A stretch of DNA of 63,874 nt, filler included, from Bigelowiella natans CCMP2755 (GCA_000320545.1; 11 parts of 11 records of this genome joined end to end with filler, not necessarily neighbours in it), one strand, 5' to 3'. Counted from the whole stretch's first letter, positions 39,642 through 53,188 are shown. Numbers and translations are program-made. Notes: generated by a model from the letters alone, not told the origin.

Positions 39642-39952
39642 GGTTTTGCAACAAACACTGAATGCCGTTGCCTTGCTAGTTTTATAACAATTATTTTCAT
39701 GTCGCTTGATCAAAATATAGGAAGATCCTACTATATCTTAGGTATTCATCGATTATGCAGTGCCATTTTCTTGTGTGACTTCCATATTTTTCCAAGTTCC
39801 AAGGTTCAATTATTTTGCTAACCAGTATTAAAGCATCGGAGTGCAGTCAATTTCCATCTTGTCTTTTCATGCTACGTCATGGCAATTTCCTTGACGCAGG
39901 AGATAATTCTCATGGAACAGCTGTATAAGGAAATTTCTTCGTCGCTGTATCA

Positions 39953-40737
39953 ATGGCTTCCACCCCAAGCGACGAGAGGAAGTATCCTAAAAAGTCCAAG
40001 CGCCGGCGACAAGCTGCAAATGCTCCTGGTATGGAAAGGTTGACGTCTGCAGAGGGTGCAAAGCTTATGAAAGCTGCTGAATTTGCAGGTGAGAAAAATT
40101 TCTTGTTAGTTTCCTTACGATCATTTGAGTATTTGAAGGTAATTATCCTCGCAATCGCAACCAAACTACGGGAACTTCTTGTGGCATATGCTCCACTGCT
40201 ATTATTTTCTCCAGCCTGAAAAAAATATCTGCCAGCGAAGACGACGTCCTGCGATATGTCGATTTAAGTTTGAAAACCTTCTCTCTTTCCGACGACCCTA
40301 AATGCGATGAAAGAAGATTACAACTTGAGAATGTTCTTACGAAATGGAAGCGACGTGGTTGCTCGCTGGATCAACTAAAAGTCCTTTTATCCTATGGTCT
40401 CGGCCTTCAGACGAAAAGTTTTCATGCCGGTAAAAGCACGCTAGCAGATTTTGAAGATTCTCTCTCCCGATTTACAAGAAGGTGGAAGGTGAGGCGCGAG
40501 GGGGAAGGAAAGAATGAAAAAGAGAAGATGGCACACATTCTTGTCAATCTGCGGATAGTTAAAACAGGGCATTGGGGTGTGGTTGCAGCGCTGAATGCGA
40601 AAGAGGGAAAGGTTTTAGTGCTTGAGACGAATGATGCTTCGATGCACTACTGGTGCACAACTGAACGATTATTTGAATTCATGAACACAAAAAACAAATT
40701 TGGCCAAACACGAGGCTGGATCGAGGTATTTGAATGA
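39953..40737 (+). CDS. Phytochelatin-synthase-like papain-fold protein, catalytic domain only (244 aa, one 50-nt intron at 40089-40138)
   Basis: After splicing: NQTTGTSCGICS (Gln and catalytic Cys), GCSLDQL, HILVNL, TGHWGVVAA (His), VLVLET (Asp position), YWCTTERLFEFMNT and TRGWI, all Phytochelatin-domain motifs. Confidence 0.85.
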
Positions 40738-41599
40738 GTACACGAGAATAAATCCACTATAGATTGGCCATTGACATATTGTTGTGGAGAATGCTACATT
40801 TTATTAGTAATGAGCAAATCATGTGTCAAGGACTTTTTATTCTGTCCGGAAATATTTCGCAGCCATGAATAAGCAATTAGTCATCATGATATGAGCTTGG
40901 CATCCAGGCACGATATAAATCATGATTTGCTATTCATCATCGATTCATCGATCTATAGCTATCTAGCTAGCTAGTTATTAGCTAGAGCTAGAGAAGTAAG
41001 CGCGCGAAGTCTAGGAACTAGTCTAGTAGTAGTAGTTCCTAGACGTTCTGCATCTAGACATCTCTAGACATCTAAATGTACTCAAAAAAGGAAATCAAGG
41101 CAAATTTCCGCCATGCATGCATCAGCCATGCTAGCATGTATCTTGCAGGTCACATTGTATAGCCACGCTGCTATGATCTAGTGATGCGCTCTAGCACTCC
41201 TTGCAAAATATGTAGTATGTGTCATCGTCGCGCATACCGTATGCACACGGCAAAATAGCTAGCTAGCTACTAGAGCTAGACACTAGCACGTAGGGTGTTA
41301 TTGCCACATTAAGACATTGTTATTGTTCTCTAAGTTGTCTTGCGCACGTATGTCACTGCTAGCTACTAGGCCTGCTACCTAGCTATGTTTATAGGCACAC
41401 CTGCAATGCCTAGCATGCGCCAGTGTAGATCGATGTAGCTAGGCAAGATTGCATCAGAGCGCATACTGTGTGCCAGCGTGAGACTTTACCACAGTGCTAG
41501 TCAAACCCACATAGCAACAAACGCTAGTCCCCCATGCCCTTGCACATTGTGTACCATATCTGTCATTTGTAATTCGTGCATCGGCCTGGAATCGTTACA

Positions 41600-42455
41600 T
41601 TCTGAACCAGAAACGCTAGAGATTGACACGTGTATTTATAGTTATGAGGTTGATTTCCACAAACCATCATCATTCGTTGTATGTCAAGATATCTACTGTA
41701 GATTTCGTATTGAATCAAAGCTCTCTCACTCCAATTGCTGCCATAGTGCATCGATATCTCAGCTTGTACCCCTCTAAAGCTCATCGTGAGTCAATACTGG
41801 ACCGTCCACTAAGAATAATGTGAATGTGTTAATCCCAGAGAATACAAGGCAAATGCCTTACAGACGATAGAATTTTTTCTTTTTTCTCTTCTTCTCAATC
41901 TTCTTCTTTTTACTATTACTACACTACAACAACAACAACTACTACTACTACTGTCAGGTGACGGTTCTGCAGCCTTGAGCATCTGCTAGCACTCTCTCTC
42001 TTATTTAAAGGAAAAAAAGCAACCTTTCCACTCATTATCGATCTCACCAGGCCCTCGAGAGTAAATCTCTAGTTTGCCTGCATTTACCATCTTTGTTGAG
42101 AGTCACATTCCAATAATATCCATTTGTTATGGTGTATTATTATTCCTAGATAATACATATTGCTTACTTTATAACTCTAACCCCTTTTTCCAAAATTGCG
42201 AGCAAGACGACGATAACAGGTAAGAAACTTACGATCATCATCATTATCATCATCATCATCATCATCGTCGTCATGCAGCGGTATCATTAGGGTGACATTT
42301 TGGTTAACAACTGTTGTTCTTTCTTTCTCGCATCCATTACCTTCCTTATGGAGACTCAAGAATGTGGAATGACAGTGACGACGGGGATGGACGACAGAAC
42401 CATTGTTCAGAATGCAAAAACACAATAGCATTCCCATGATTAATAATCTTAACAT
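41600..42455 (-). CDS. Possible small secreted protein, multi-exon
   Basis: Hydrophobic N-terminus MLRLLIMGMLLCFCIL followed by GT/AG-bounded segments. No motif recognised. Confidence 0.3.
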
Positions 42456-42558
42456 TTATTTTTATGACAATCGTAGAGATGGATTGAGAAGGGAGGCAAT
42501 GTGGTATTTCATTTTAATACACGTACTATCATCATTAGTCGTGCAAGTGGTACAGTTA

Positions 42559-42948
42559 TTACTTCCTCAAGAACTGAACCCATTTGCCCTTTGGGCGAAA
42601 GTGCGCAAATGCGTTAACATAGTAGTCTGTGTTTACGGACGATCAGCAGCACAAAACAGAGCAACAAGCAACTTATTATCTGAATTATCATCTACTTTCA
42701 CGGACTACTACTACTACTCTTTTACCTCCAAGATATTTAGACGGCCGTCCGTGCACACAAGTCGCACTTTCATACAACACCATTTCCCCAGCTTTGATTG
42801 TGACATTATGCTCCTTTCCATTGTGATCGAAGATGTTTAGTGGCCATTCCTACATATACAAATGATATATATGCCACCGTCCACATCAATCCCAACTACG
42901 ACAACGGACAGATTCTTCTTCAACTTGATAAACTACTACCACTACATC

Positions 42949-43002
<54 letters not shown>

Positions 43003-43700
43003 TAGGAGCTAGAATTTTGTATAATTACATGATCTCCAGAGTCAGCAACGTGCATAATCACTGACACCTGCACACAGTAAAAACGATGATGACGATAGGC
43101 AGTTTTCATGATCATTACTCGAAACATATATACTTCTGCTTTTGCCACAAAACAAATTTCACCACACGCTAGGGATTGTCTGTTCTATATTCCGGACTAT
43201 CCATGTCATTATCCTTCTTGTTGTTGTTGGCATGAAGAGGTGGTGGACAATAGTAGCATTTTTTCTTTCTTGATATTGATAATATCAGAAAAGCAAATAA
43301 TGAATGAAGGAAGGAAGGAAGCACCACGTGGGTCCCTATCCTGTCCACGTGATTCTCTAAGAACGTGTTGTTCTGTTTTTATTGGAGGGAAAAGAACACA
43401 ACAACAACAACAAGAAGAAGAGACCATACGGAGGAAGATGAGAGGGGGAGTGCCAACGGGGGGCAGAAATAGGAGGGGAGGGGAATATAAGGGGGAAACA
43501 ACATAATAAATGTCTTCATCCACTGATCATGGAAATATAACCAATTGTAACACTAAGGATATTGTCAATGAACACTACCAAATCACACCACATACACGTA
43601 TATACATACAATACAAACATACACAATATTATATCAAAACAGACACGTAATTTGTAATAATCAACTGGTGTTCAAGGTGCACATATCCATCGCCTCCTTT

Positions 43701-43739
<39 letters not shown>

Positions 43740-43981
43740 CAAATGCGCTTATTACCTTATAAACTCTCATTCCATACATATCCGTCTGCTCAAGCTCCAC
43801 ACCTGACCTGATATATCAGTTATTTTTAAATAACTTTATTTAGAAACCACCTCCTCAAGTTTATCGAATAACAGTTCTTTTTTACAAAAAGTTTACAAAA
43901 AGTGCAATTATTCTTCCAATTGTGTAAACGGCAGCAGTCATAAACGACGACATTCTTGTTGAAAAACATCTTAGGTTTCTG

Positions 43982-44032
<51 letters not shown>

Positions 44033-44067
44033 ACCATCATCCAAATGACAGTAGGATATACATGTAT

Positions 44068-44107
<40 letters not shown>

Positions 44108-45199
44108 GTAGTAGTAGTAGTAGTACCATTCTTCTAAGTGAGGCCTCAATCCATCGAAGATCATTTGCTTTGTTTGGTCGCCAGAATGCAATTCAGGCAA
44201 CCAAATCATCATCGGAACAGCCTGTAATCACACGTTGTATAGATGAGGATGAACAAAGCAAGATAATGTCCAACAACAACAACAACAACAAAATAGAGAA
44301 CGACACGCAATTTTGAATAGAGAGGCGTTTGTAACTCCTAGTACTCCTACTACTACACGACGATTATTACCTCCCAGTGATTGATGTATGGGTTACTTGC
44401 AGGCCACTTCTCTAGCACTATAGAATCTTTGTTTGCTTGGTAGTACCTACGGTGTTGTTCATGCATATAGCATAATCAAAACCGCTATCCAACAACAATA
44501 ACAACAAAAACAACATGATACTGCTTATTGGCATTACGAAAGCCAAACAATTATACTCCATCAACAGTAGTGAATATGATAACTAAATTTATGGATATTT
44601 AAAACAAAATGACAGCAATATGAAAAATCTGCGATTGACAACCCGTTGACGATTTCCCACACTTCAGGAGGGATAGGCCTCTTTTCAAACCTAATGAGGA
44701 GGAGATAAAAAGAGAGGCATATATAGTTATAAAAACCTTGTGCTACACACACATAAACACTTTGTTGATTTGTTTCGTCGTTGTACTGTTGATGCATCCG
44801 TCTTACCCAAATTCCGTGAAATTCTTTAGATGCTGGGGCTGGTGAAGGTTGGCCTAGGAACATCACATAACACATCTTATTATCGGTACTATGCAATGAA
44901 GAACAAAACGCACACATTACTCATATTCGCCATTCAATCTCCTGAAGGTTCTATGTTTTCTTACGAACATGTTGCAAGTGAACATGTAGGGGAAAGAGTA
45001 TTAGTAAGTAGGCTGGTGATACCAATTTACGTTCTTCATTTTGTTTATTCCATGTTGCCTTTAAATTGTCATGGTTGCGGTAACCTTCCAAGCTGGCCAC
45101 GTATAAAAGAAGAACAAAAAGAAAAAGGAAGAAAACATATTTGCAGTAATGCGGAAGTCTCAAGGAGAATTAGGCACACGCACAATTAATATACAAATA

Positions 45200-45272
<73 letters not shown>

Positions 45273-45880
45273 TTATACGTAAGCGTGAAGAGAAACGTGG
45301 GGGTCCATTGTTGAATATATGCTATCACTAATGAAACCAATGAATTGGGTGATGTTTGTAGTGGGACCTCTCCAGGCAAGCTTTCCCCCCATATTGAGTG
45401 TGGCAAGGGTGATCACAGGTAGGAGCAGTGAATTGTGACTTATGCCTTTCAATTTATGAGACGAAAATATAACTTTGAATGGACATGAGCTTTTACTATC
45501 AACCTGCTCTCAATATTTCAATAACACGCAAAAGAGGCTTGGAGGGAAAAGAAACAATATGAAATTTTAAAGACAATATGAACTACTTCCTGCTGCCTCG
45601 TCTTTTGAATCTTAATATTCTTTTCAAATTTACTTACTCGACGGTTACGTCTCCAATGAATTGGCCGTTGTTAGTTCTAAACACGAACCTGACAAGGAAG
45701 CATTGAGAACGAAATAATGAGAAACAAGGAGAATCACAGCTACGATATTCGCTGACAGTCATGGAGTTGAATACAAAAAAGGGAAGATTGACTGACTTGT
45801 GGTTGATAAAAGTCCCTAGCCAGCTTTGCATCTGTGGCTCCACAGATGTTACACGCACTTCCTCGCCTTCAAAATTTACC
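42559..45880 (-). CDS. 2OG-Fe(II)-dependent dioxygenase (prolyl-4-hydroxylase-like) with long N-terminal extension; 5' end may reach ~46300
   Basis: Exons LRPHLEEW / SGVELEQTDMYGMRVYK / LENHVDRIGTH (HxD) / VSVIMHV / IFDHNGKEHNVTIKAGEMVLYESATCVHGRP (distal His) / YVNAFAHFRPK...*. Confidence 0.82.
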
Positions 45881-46157
45881 TTTCATAGATGACAACTCGA
45901 TTTAGATATACTTCCTGCACATTAAGCGTGTTCTCCATACCCAATTCACCACAATTTCCTCAGAACAGTCATTTCCAAAGCCAATATTTGCCCCGAAATC
46001 ATTCGCTGCCGACCCACCAAGTGCCATCCATAACAGGGAAGAAAGAACCATCGCCGCAACCATTATTGCTGATGGATATTTTAGTGGCTTTATTAGAAGA
46101 CAACCAGGTCTTCTTGTATATGGGCGCTGTTAGATTGCACACTGCTGCTGCTACCTG

Positions 46158-46220
<63 letters not shown>

Positions 46221-46847
46221 ACAACAACGCCACTTGGGTAGGGATAATGAGTAATGAGGGATCAGTGGTTCATGCAACTACATGGATGGCAATCTATGAA
46301 ATATTATCCTTTATCATCGATTCATCATGTCGTATGTATGGAAATAGGACCCGTTTTATTCGTATATCAGTCTATGTCTTGTCGTCTTGTCTGATGTAGC
46401 GTAGACGTCGTTCATGTGTAGATCGTTTGACGGTAGATCTAAACTATTTTTTGTTGTGAGTTTGTCTGATTTGTTTGTAGCAGTGTGTGCTTGGACACTG
46501 TGGCCAGATTCGTAAAACCATGCAATATCTGGTTTTTTTTTAGGCGAAAACTCGATGCAAAACAGATCGGCATTCGTTCGAACAAGCACTACATCAAATG
46601 ATCCGTGCTCACGTGACGGAAGTTGGTGTACGTTCAGGATCAGATAGGAAAAATAAACTTATACAAAGATCCTAATTTCGTCTTTTCTCGGTGACATACA
46701 TTGACGCTTTCTCAATAAGGATGTTGATTTTAGAAATATTTCAAATAATTAATCCCTTCGGTGGTCTGCTGCGTGGGCGCTTTCGCTCTCTGTTGCCTCT
46801 AAAACCCAACTGTGCAAGCAAGACAGACGAGAGAAAAACTCCCCCCC

Positions 46848-48368
46848 ATGTTTAAAGAGAATCGTAATCGTACCGCATCGTCTGAATCTATCTCATCGAT
46901 AAGTTCCTCCTCATCTGTGCCGACGTCGTTACCATTGTCGTCGAGTTTGCATTTGCACTTTGGGGCTGGCAAGCTTGGTCTCGGGCTTCTTCTGCAGGCA
47001 ATCGATAGCGCATCAGTGCAGAATATGAATTATGGGATTTTACAGCGCCCTTCCTCTTCTTGGCAACCAATGATTGAAACGGCTAAGGAAGTGACCGTTA
47101 TCGTGAACGGGAAACAGGTTGGCGAACCAATGCGCCTACTGCATGGCAACAAGGTGTCGGCAGCTACTGCGATGTCAACGCCCTTTTTCCTTGCTGCCGG
47201 AGACAAACCGCTTCATAATATAGTGGACAAAGCGACTTCGTTTTCATGTAGTCTTAACAAGGGTGTAGATGGGTTAGATCGGATCTTGAGAGCTCTTCCA
47301 ATTCGAAGTATTCCGCCAAAGCTGTATGCATGCGAAAATGACCACGGTGCTCTCGCAAAGCTTGCACTGAATCTTGCAGGTCGTGTTACTGTTATCCCTT
47401 GCCTGGTCGATAGAATTTGCTCAGAAAGAAAAATACACAAGAACGGTATTGTTGAAGTGCTGACAGAGCCATGGCAAGGGCAAATTGTGGTACTTCCTGC
47501 GCTTGTTAGCTGTGAGACAAAATGCACACATGACGGACAAGATTTATCGGATACTCGTATGAGTATAGACTCAGGTTTTTCCCGATTCCGGATAAATTCC
47601 TCGTCTTCAATTTCAGACCCCTCATTATTCACGATGACAGGGTCGCCAAGCTTGCCTTTCGCTGGAAGAACTGTTGTTTCGACGGAGACTGATGAACAAG
47701 GGCGGTATTTTTCGCGTCGTAAATTACTCCTAGTCAACGGAACGCATACCACGCTAGCATTTATAACATTAATAAAGGAGCTCAAGGAGAACCGACTGTA
47801 TTCTCGTAAAAGTCTTCCCCTTCCTGGAAAATTCAAGCTTTTGGATTATGAGACTGCAGACAGTGCAAATCGTAAACTAATATGGGCCTGGACAGTTGCG
47901 CGATGTAGTATCATAGCAAGCGAATTCTCAGAGGATGTTCTCACTCGTGCTCATAGAACACGCTCAGTGCATGAGGCACTCGAAGAGTTACTGGATTACG
48001 CCTGGACAACTCTTCAAAGATTTAGCAACGTTCCTGATACTACAGGACGGGTACTCAGCGGTGGTGTTATAAAGCGATTTGATGGTAGATTAAAAAGTGT
48101 TTTGGATAAGCTCACTGAAAATAACAGCGGAAAAATATATCCTGGTATTTTGGAAGTAGCTTCAAAACGTGAAATTCATCGCCCATCTCTTACGGCTAGT
48201 TACGTACGCTCCGCTGTGGAACATCTTGTGCGGCATGCTTCTCCAATTCGCGAAGAGATGACTCTGCGAAACATAGAAAAGGAGTCTACACCGAAAGTGA
48301 TCAGTATATTCTACCGCACATGGTCTTTGGGCAAGTCATGGCTTCGAAAAAATGTTTTTGGAATTTAG
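46848..48368 (+). CDS. Mannitol / mannitol-1-phosphate dehydrogenase family (long-chain polyol dehydrogenase), intronless
   Basis: HFGAGKLGLG (Rossmann), ACEN, CLVDRIC, EPW, RKLLLVNGTHT (catalytic KxxxxNxxH). First ATG at 46848. Confidence 0.88.
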   Translation: MFKENRNRTASSESISSISSSSSVPTSLPLSSSLHLHFGAGKLGLGLLLQAIDSASVQNMNYGILQRPSSSWQPMIETAKEVTVIVNGKQVGEPMRLLHGNKVSAATAMSTPFFLAAGDKPLHNIVDKATSFSCSLNKGVDGLDRILRALPIRSIPPKLYACENDHGALAKLALNLAGRVTVIPCLVDRICSERKIHKNGIVEVLTEPWQGQIVVLPALVSCETKCTHDGQDLSDTRMSIDSGFSRFRINSSSSISDPSLFTMTGSPSLPFAGRTVVSTETDEQGRYFSRRKLLLVNGTHTTLAFITLIKELKENRLYSRKSLPLPGKFKLLDYETADSANRKLIWAWTVARCSIIASEFSEDVLTRAHRTRSVHEALEELLDYAWTTLQRFSNVPDTTGRVLSGGVIKRFDGRLKSVLDKLTENNSGKIYPGILEVASKREIHRPSLTASYVRSAVEHLVRHASPIREEMTLRNIEKESTPKVISIFYRTWSLGKSWLRKNVFGI

Positions 48369-49414
48369 TATATATGTGCCAATGTTTACTCGTAGACCCA
48401 TTCTTGATCTGATACACATAAACAAGAAGCCATGTCGTCGGCACTATATCGCGCACAGCTTTTGCTCGGCTTGTGCTTGCGAGCTTACGACCATATCATG
48501 AACAATGAAGGAAACATTTGCCCTTTAAATTTATCTAGTCATGCTGAACATCATGATCGGCAGCACATGCTAGTATGCGCTGTTCTAGTGTTTCAAAAAT
48601 CCAAAAGTTATTTTATGCTGGACTCTCGCGCACAAATGATTGGTTCAACTATCATGTAATACAATAATTAGTAATGTCGGTTGCCTGTACTATTTCTATC
48701 ACAGACTAATATAATAGACTCCGTACGCATTGCTAGATTGTATGCCACTATATAGCAGTATTGCCACGTCGCATTGCCTAGTTACGTATGTCCGATATTG
48801 CGTACGTGCGGATGCACTATCGTGTGACAACAAGCACATGTCTAACATCTCATGAATCACATGCGCGCTTACAGATTCAATTTTATTTATTTTCCATCGC
48901 GTGCATGATTACTTGAAACGCTGCGCATACGTGCCTTCTAGCCTTTTCTGCTGGAAGAATTTATTATATCTCGCAAATATCCAAGAAATAACGAATACTT
49001 AGCGATTGGCGAAGTAACTACTGGTAAAACTTTATTTTAGTAGCAAACGACTATATGTTACACTTTTCGATACATTGCGTATCCAACAATAACATGTATC
49101 ATATAATGCAGCTGATAATTGCTGCGTGCTTGCTATTTGTATATAGTTCTAGATCTATAGAAGCGCAGCAACATTGATACCAGTTTGTATGGACACTTCA
49201 TGATTGTTGTAATATAGGGCTCATGCTTTGTCGCAATATTGCCATTTATATTCTGTTTGGAGCTGCGCTGTTATAACTTTACCCATTCGACCAACAGAAG
49301 AATAAGTAAATCAACGTAGATAACTTCTCAAACTTTTTGGTTACTCGTTAAATTAATGGCCGTTCAATATGGGACTCCATTTGATAGTTATAGTTACAAA
49401 TAATAATTGTAACA

Positions 49415-51035
49415 CTAGCCATTGAAAACATCGAATACCCGATCCGGAAGAATCCACTTTAATAGCAACACAAACCATGCAGGGATTACTCCAACATTTA
49501 CTACAGCATAGCGAGTCTTTGGGTATGAGCTGGTAATTGCGTGAATAATCGCAGCGCTACTTACAGTCGGGCTGGCCGCAAGCCTGTTCCCAATATTCCA
49601 TCGATCAGATTATCAATCGATTAGATTATCAGATGAGTAAGAAAATCTTGAATTATTGCAAATTCCACCTTTCAACTTTTTCCCGCTTAGAGGAATAGCT
49701 GTCAAATAGGTCCTTGTACAGCGCATAACTGAGGAAAAGTGCAAAACATCTTCAGGAACTAGTTTTTGCGACTGGAAATTCAATAGGCTTACTGGTCTTC
49801 TGTAAGATTTCTCCACGGAAGATTCTTTCCCAGTTGTTTTGCAGCGATCAATGTTTTTATATACGCAGGTTGTATGATGCTAACCGAGATGCCCCACTGG
49901 TCAAGCTCAAGCCTCAATGCATCTATTTGTTCACAGGAGTAGTTTTGAATATAAATATGAACAGAAATTAGAATATGGAGCGTTTTTAGAATTTAAATAT
50001 ATGAGTAGAATTTATATTTTCTGTTCAACATCAGACTTCTACAACCACTAATTGCCTCCACCCCAAATTTTGTTGCGGCATATGTTCCGCCTCGCTTTGT
50101 GGCAATTTGGCCATTGACACTTGAAATATTTACGATCTGAGGCTTATTAAAGTGAGATATTGATGGTTACTATATGAGAACTTCTGTTACGCACCCTCCC
50201 GTTGCTAGCCCGAAGCATTGGAATAAATGCTTTACACATCCTAATTACCTACAATGATTGTTGGCAGTACATGGTAAGTATGCTATACTCTAGAGATGAT
50301 CCACATTGTATCTATCTACTACCCCAAAGACATTCACTTGAAATGCCCAAATCACATCTTTGATGTCTTCAAGCTCGATTGGCATTCTGTTCAAACATTA
50401 GCAGCGAGGAAGAGTGAAGTGAAAATTTATTTAAACAATGCAAGATTAGCTTTGATTTAAGAACCCTTTTGATACGCCCGCATTATTAATGATTGCGACA
50501 AGTTTCCCTCCCGTACGTTTCAAATCATTCTTCACATTCTCTGCTGCCTAGTAAACACCGACCACATTTATCACATTGAACTACAATTACTAGCTCATGC
50601 TGCACCTATAGAGGGAAAATCACCGATGATCTAGTACTCACATTGTTGACGCTTTCAGAATCGGACACATCCAAGATAATGGGCTTGAGGGAGGATCGCT
50701 CATTAGTCAGGCTTTTTGCATCGGCTTCTTTTCGTACTCCAGCGTAAACTGTGTATCCTGCACTATCTAAACTCAGTGCGGCATGCCTGAGGAAGTAGAT
50801 TTACGTTAGGATTGTTCTACCATTGGCGTTGTTATTATGATTATCATTCCCTTCACCACCTTCCAATGCCTGAGCTAGTTCCTGAAATCAAGATTGCCCC
50901 TGCTTTATGTACCCTGTACCGTTTCGAAAATAGGAAACTTGTGCAACTCCGAACGACGGCACCAATAGCTAACCATGCTGCTCCAGAGAGGAGAAATTTC
51001 GCTGCAGGATTGATGACTGGGTTCGATGTTATCAT
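49415..51035 (-). CDS. Classical short-chain dehydrogenase/reductase (RDH/BDH1-like), multi-exon
   Basis: ILISGTSSGIG, VYAGVRK, LDVSD, INNAG, VNVFG, IVNISS, YAATK (YxxxK), DALRLEL..WGISVSIIQP, YPKTRY, LPDRVFD*. Confidence 0.92.
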
Positions 51036-51299
51036 AATTCGCACAGTAGGAAGGTCCGGATGATGATGATGATGATGATGGCTCTTCTTCGCACGGTGGT
51101 GGCTCTCTCGGGACCCTTACCAGGAGGCAGACTGTGGAGATGATCTTGAACTCTCTATTCTTTTCTGTTCCACAATCTCCGAGGAAAGGAAAGTAGTGTA
51201 GCCTATTGTTCGATTAATATTTGTTAATCCCTTTGGGGGCGACAACGATTGTTATTCGTTGCATTTACTAATTTATGCAAGACCTCAAGTACAATTTTT

Positions 51300-52633
51300 G
51301 TTATGATGAGAAGCATCTAGTCTATTCTTTCAGTTCTAGTTCCACGGTCCTCCTCTCGTGCTTGCTTTCCTACTAGCGTAAGCCAAAACCATCACACCCC
51401 CCACCACCTAGATCTATCTTCGCGAAGTTGAATTCCGGTTCTTCCGTCGTTTAGAAAGACTTCAGCTGGTAGTGGTCTGTCGCAGGACAAATTGGGATGT
51501 TGTCTCTCTTGTACGACAACAAGTTTATTCCGTTGTCGCAAGAAATAATTAGGTCGTTTTCCGTCTTTGCGACTAGTGCGATGTACTGATCTTTGAGTTA
51601 ACACCGATCGTCGTCTTCAGTGGGGGCGAAGTCTCAGGTTAGGAATGCTGCTTTGCAATCAAATGCAAAAGCCATGTTGTGCAAGCCGATCACCAATTGG
51701 CCCTGCGTATCCACATTGTATTACTATATTATTTCGAAGCACGAATGAAATAGTATTCACCATGAAAGACTAACCTGTGTTTTGAAGGTGACGTCTCCCA
51801 AGGTGCAGAGATGTCAATGACTCAGCATTCTCGAAGTTCTCATGTCGAAATGACGATAGGATCTTTCTCAAAAGGCAGAGCAATCCTGTAAGATCGTATT
51901 TCCTTGTAAGCCCTTCAGCAAACTAAAAGTTAATGGTACAACAGGGTGGACGAGAATATGAGAACTTGCGTGCTTCCTCTTCATATTCTGCCCCTAGATG
52001 CAGGTGAGAGAAGTACCAACACCTCAACTGAACTTGCACTGATCATCTGGTAATCTATTTTCTAGAAGTTGGAAGCATAGTTGAAGTATCTGTGAAGTTA
52101 AATAAAAGGAAGCAGCTCCAGAAAATGGTCGTCGTCTAGTTCTAAAAAATAGTCAATCCGGGGCACTACGTTTCCACCTCTGTTGTATTGTTGTTATTGT
52201 CAATTGCAAGAGAGTGGGGGTTGGTAGCGCATATAACTCACTGCATTCGAAATTTAAGACGCACGTGCATACACGTGTATCATTCATTACATGAAGTTTG
52301 TGTAAAAGAAGCATGCACACAAATGCGTGCTAGTCGTGCTTTTCAGATTCCCACTATCCCACTCGATCAAAAGGGTGAATGCATACCTCCTCCTACGCAC
52401 TGAGTATATTTTCATTGTTATTGAAACACATATGCTAGGCAACGTTGAAAAAGTCTATTGAGGAGATTGAGAAATATACCTCTAGCTGCATGGATGGAGT
52501 TCGAGAGTCGAGGAGTAGTATTTTGATCCCAGAAAGTAAGAGTAAAGAGGAAATAGGACCAGATAAAAATGATGATGATTTTGTATCTCAGAATGCAGTT
52601 TTGGGAAAAGGCACAATGAATAACACAAAATGA
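51300..52633 (+). CDS. Probable gene of unknown function (last exon ...KSIEEIEKYTSS...NNTK*)
   Basis: GT/AG-bounded coding-like segments with no motif. The start is a guess. Confidence 0.3.
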
Positions 52634-53132
52634 TTTTGACACGCTTCATCGCACAACTTATTGAATCATTAGCACGAGATCGACGCTGCGATTTATTGAT
52701 TTTTTGGTCTAGTTGCGCAGCGCTGTCACTCATTACTCAACCATGCATGCTATGATGCTACGTGCGCACGTATGTAACTAATATAGCATAGCGCTACATC
52801 TAGCAGATGTGCACAGATAGGCACATTTGTGTGCAAATGCATGCGTGATGTATGAGTGCATTCTAGCATTGTCTGCGTGCATATGCATGCGCACGCACAT
52901 GCACACCGCTAGACCGCCTGTCGTCGCAAAGTGAATGCCACGCACACCACATGGCACATTTGATCATTAAAATAATTACATATCGTGCTGTTAATTTGGG
53001 CTGCTATAGAGGTGCGATACCCCATCTAGTAGTAGTGGGCATCACGCACTTGTGTAGTCCTGTCTAGCTGTGTTGCAATGCCTTAATTATTAGCTAATAT
53101 AGACACGGGCACGGTGTCAGACATTATGTTTA

Positions 53133-53168
<36 letters not shown>

Positions 53169-53188
53169 CGATTTACATGTCAGATGCC

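Noticed and set aside
40270-40737. Phytochelatin synthase pseudo-enzyme lacking the catalytic Cys
   Set aside because: The Cys is present upstream in the same frame once the 40089-40138 intron is recognised.
39953-51035. PCS, dioxygenase, mannitol dehydrogenase and SDR as a metabolic gene cluster
   Set aside because: No shared pathway is evident, orientations and intron styles are mixed, and adjacency alone is not evidence.
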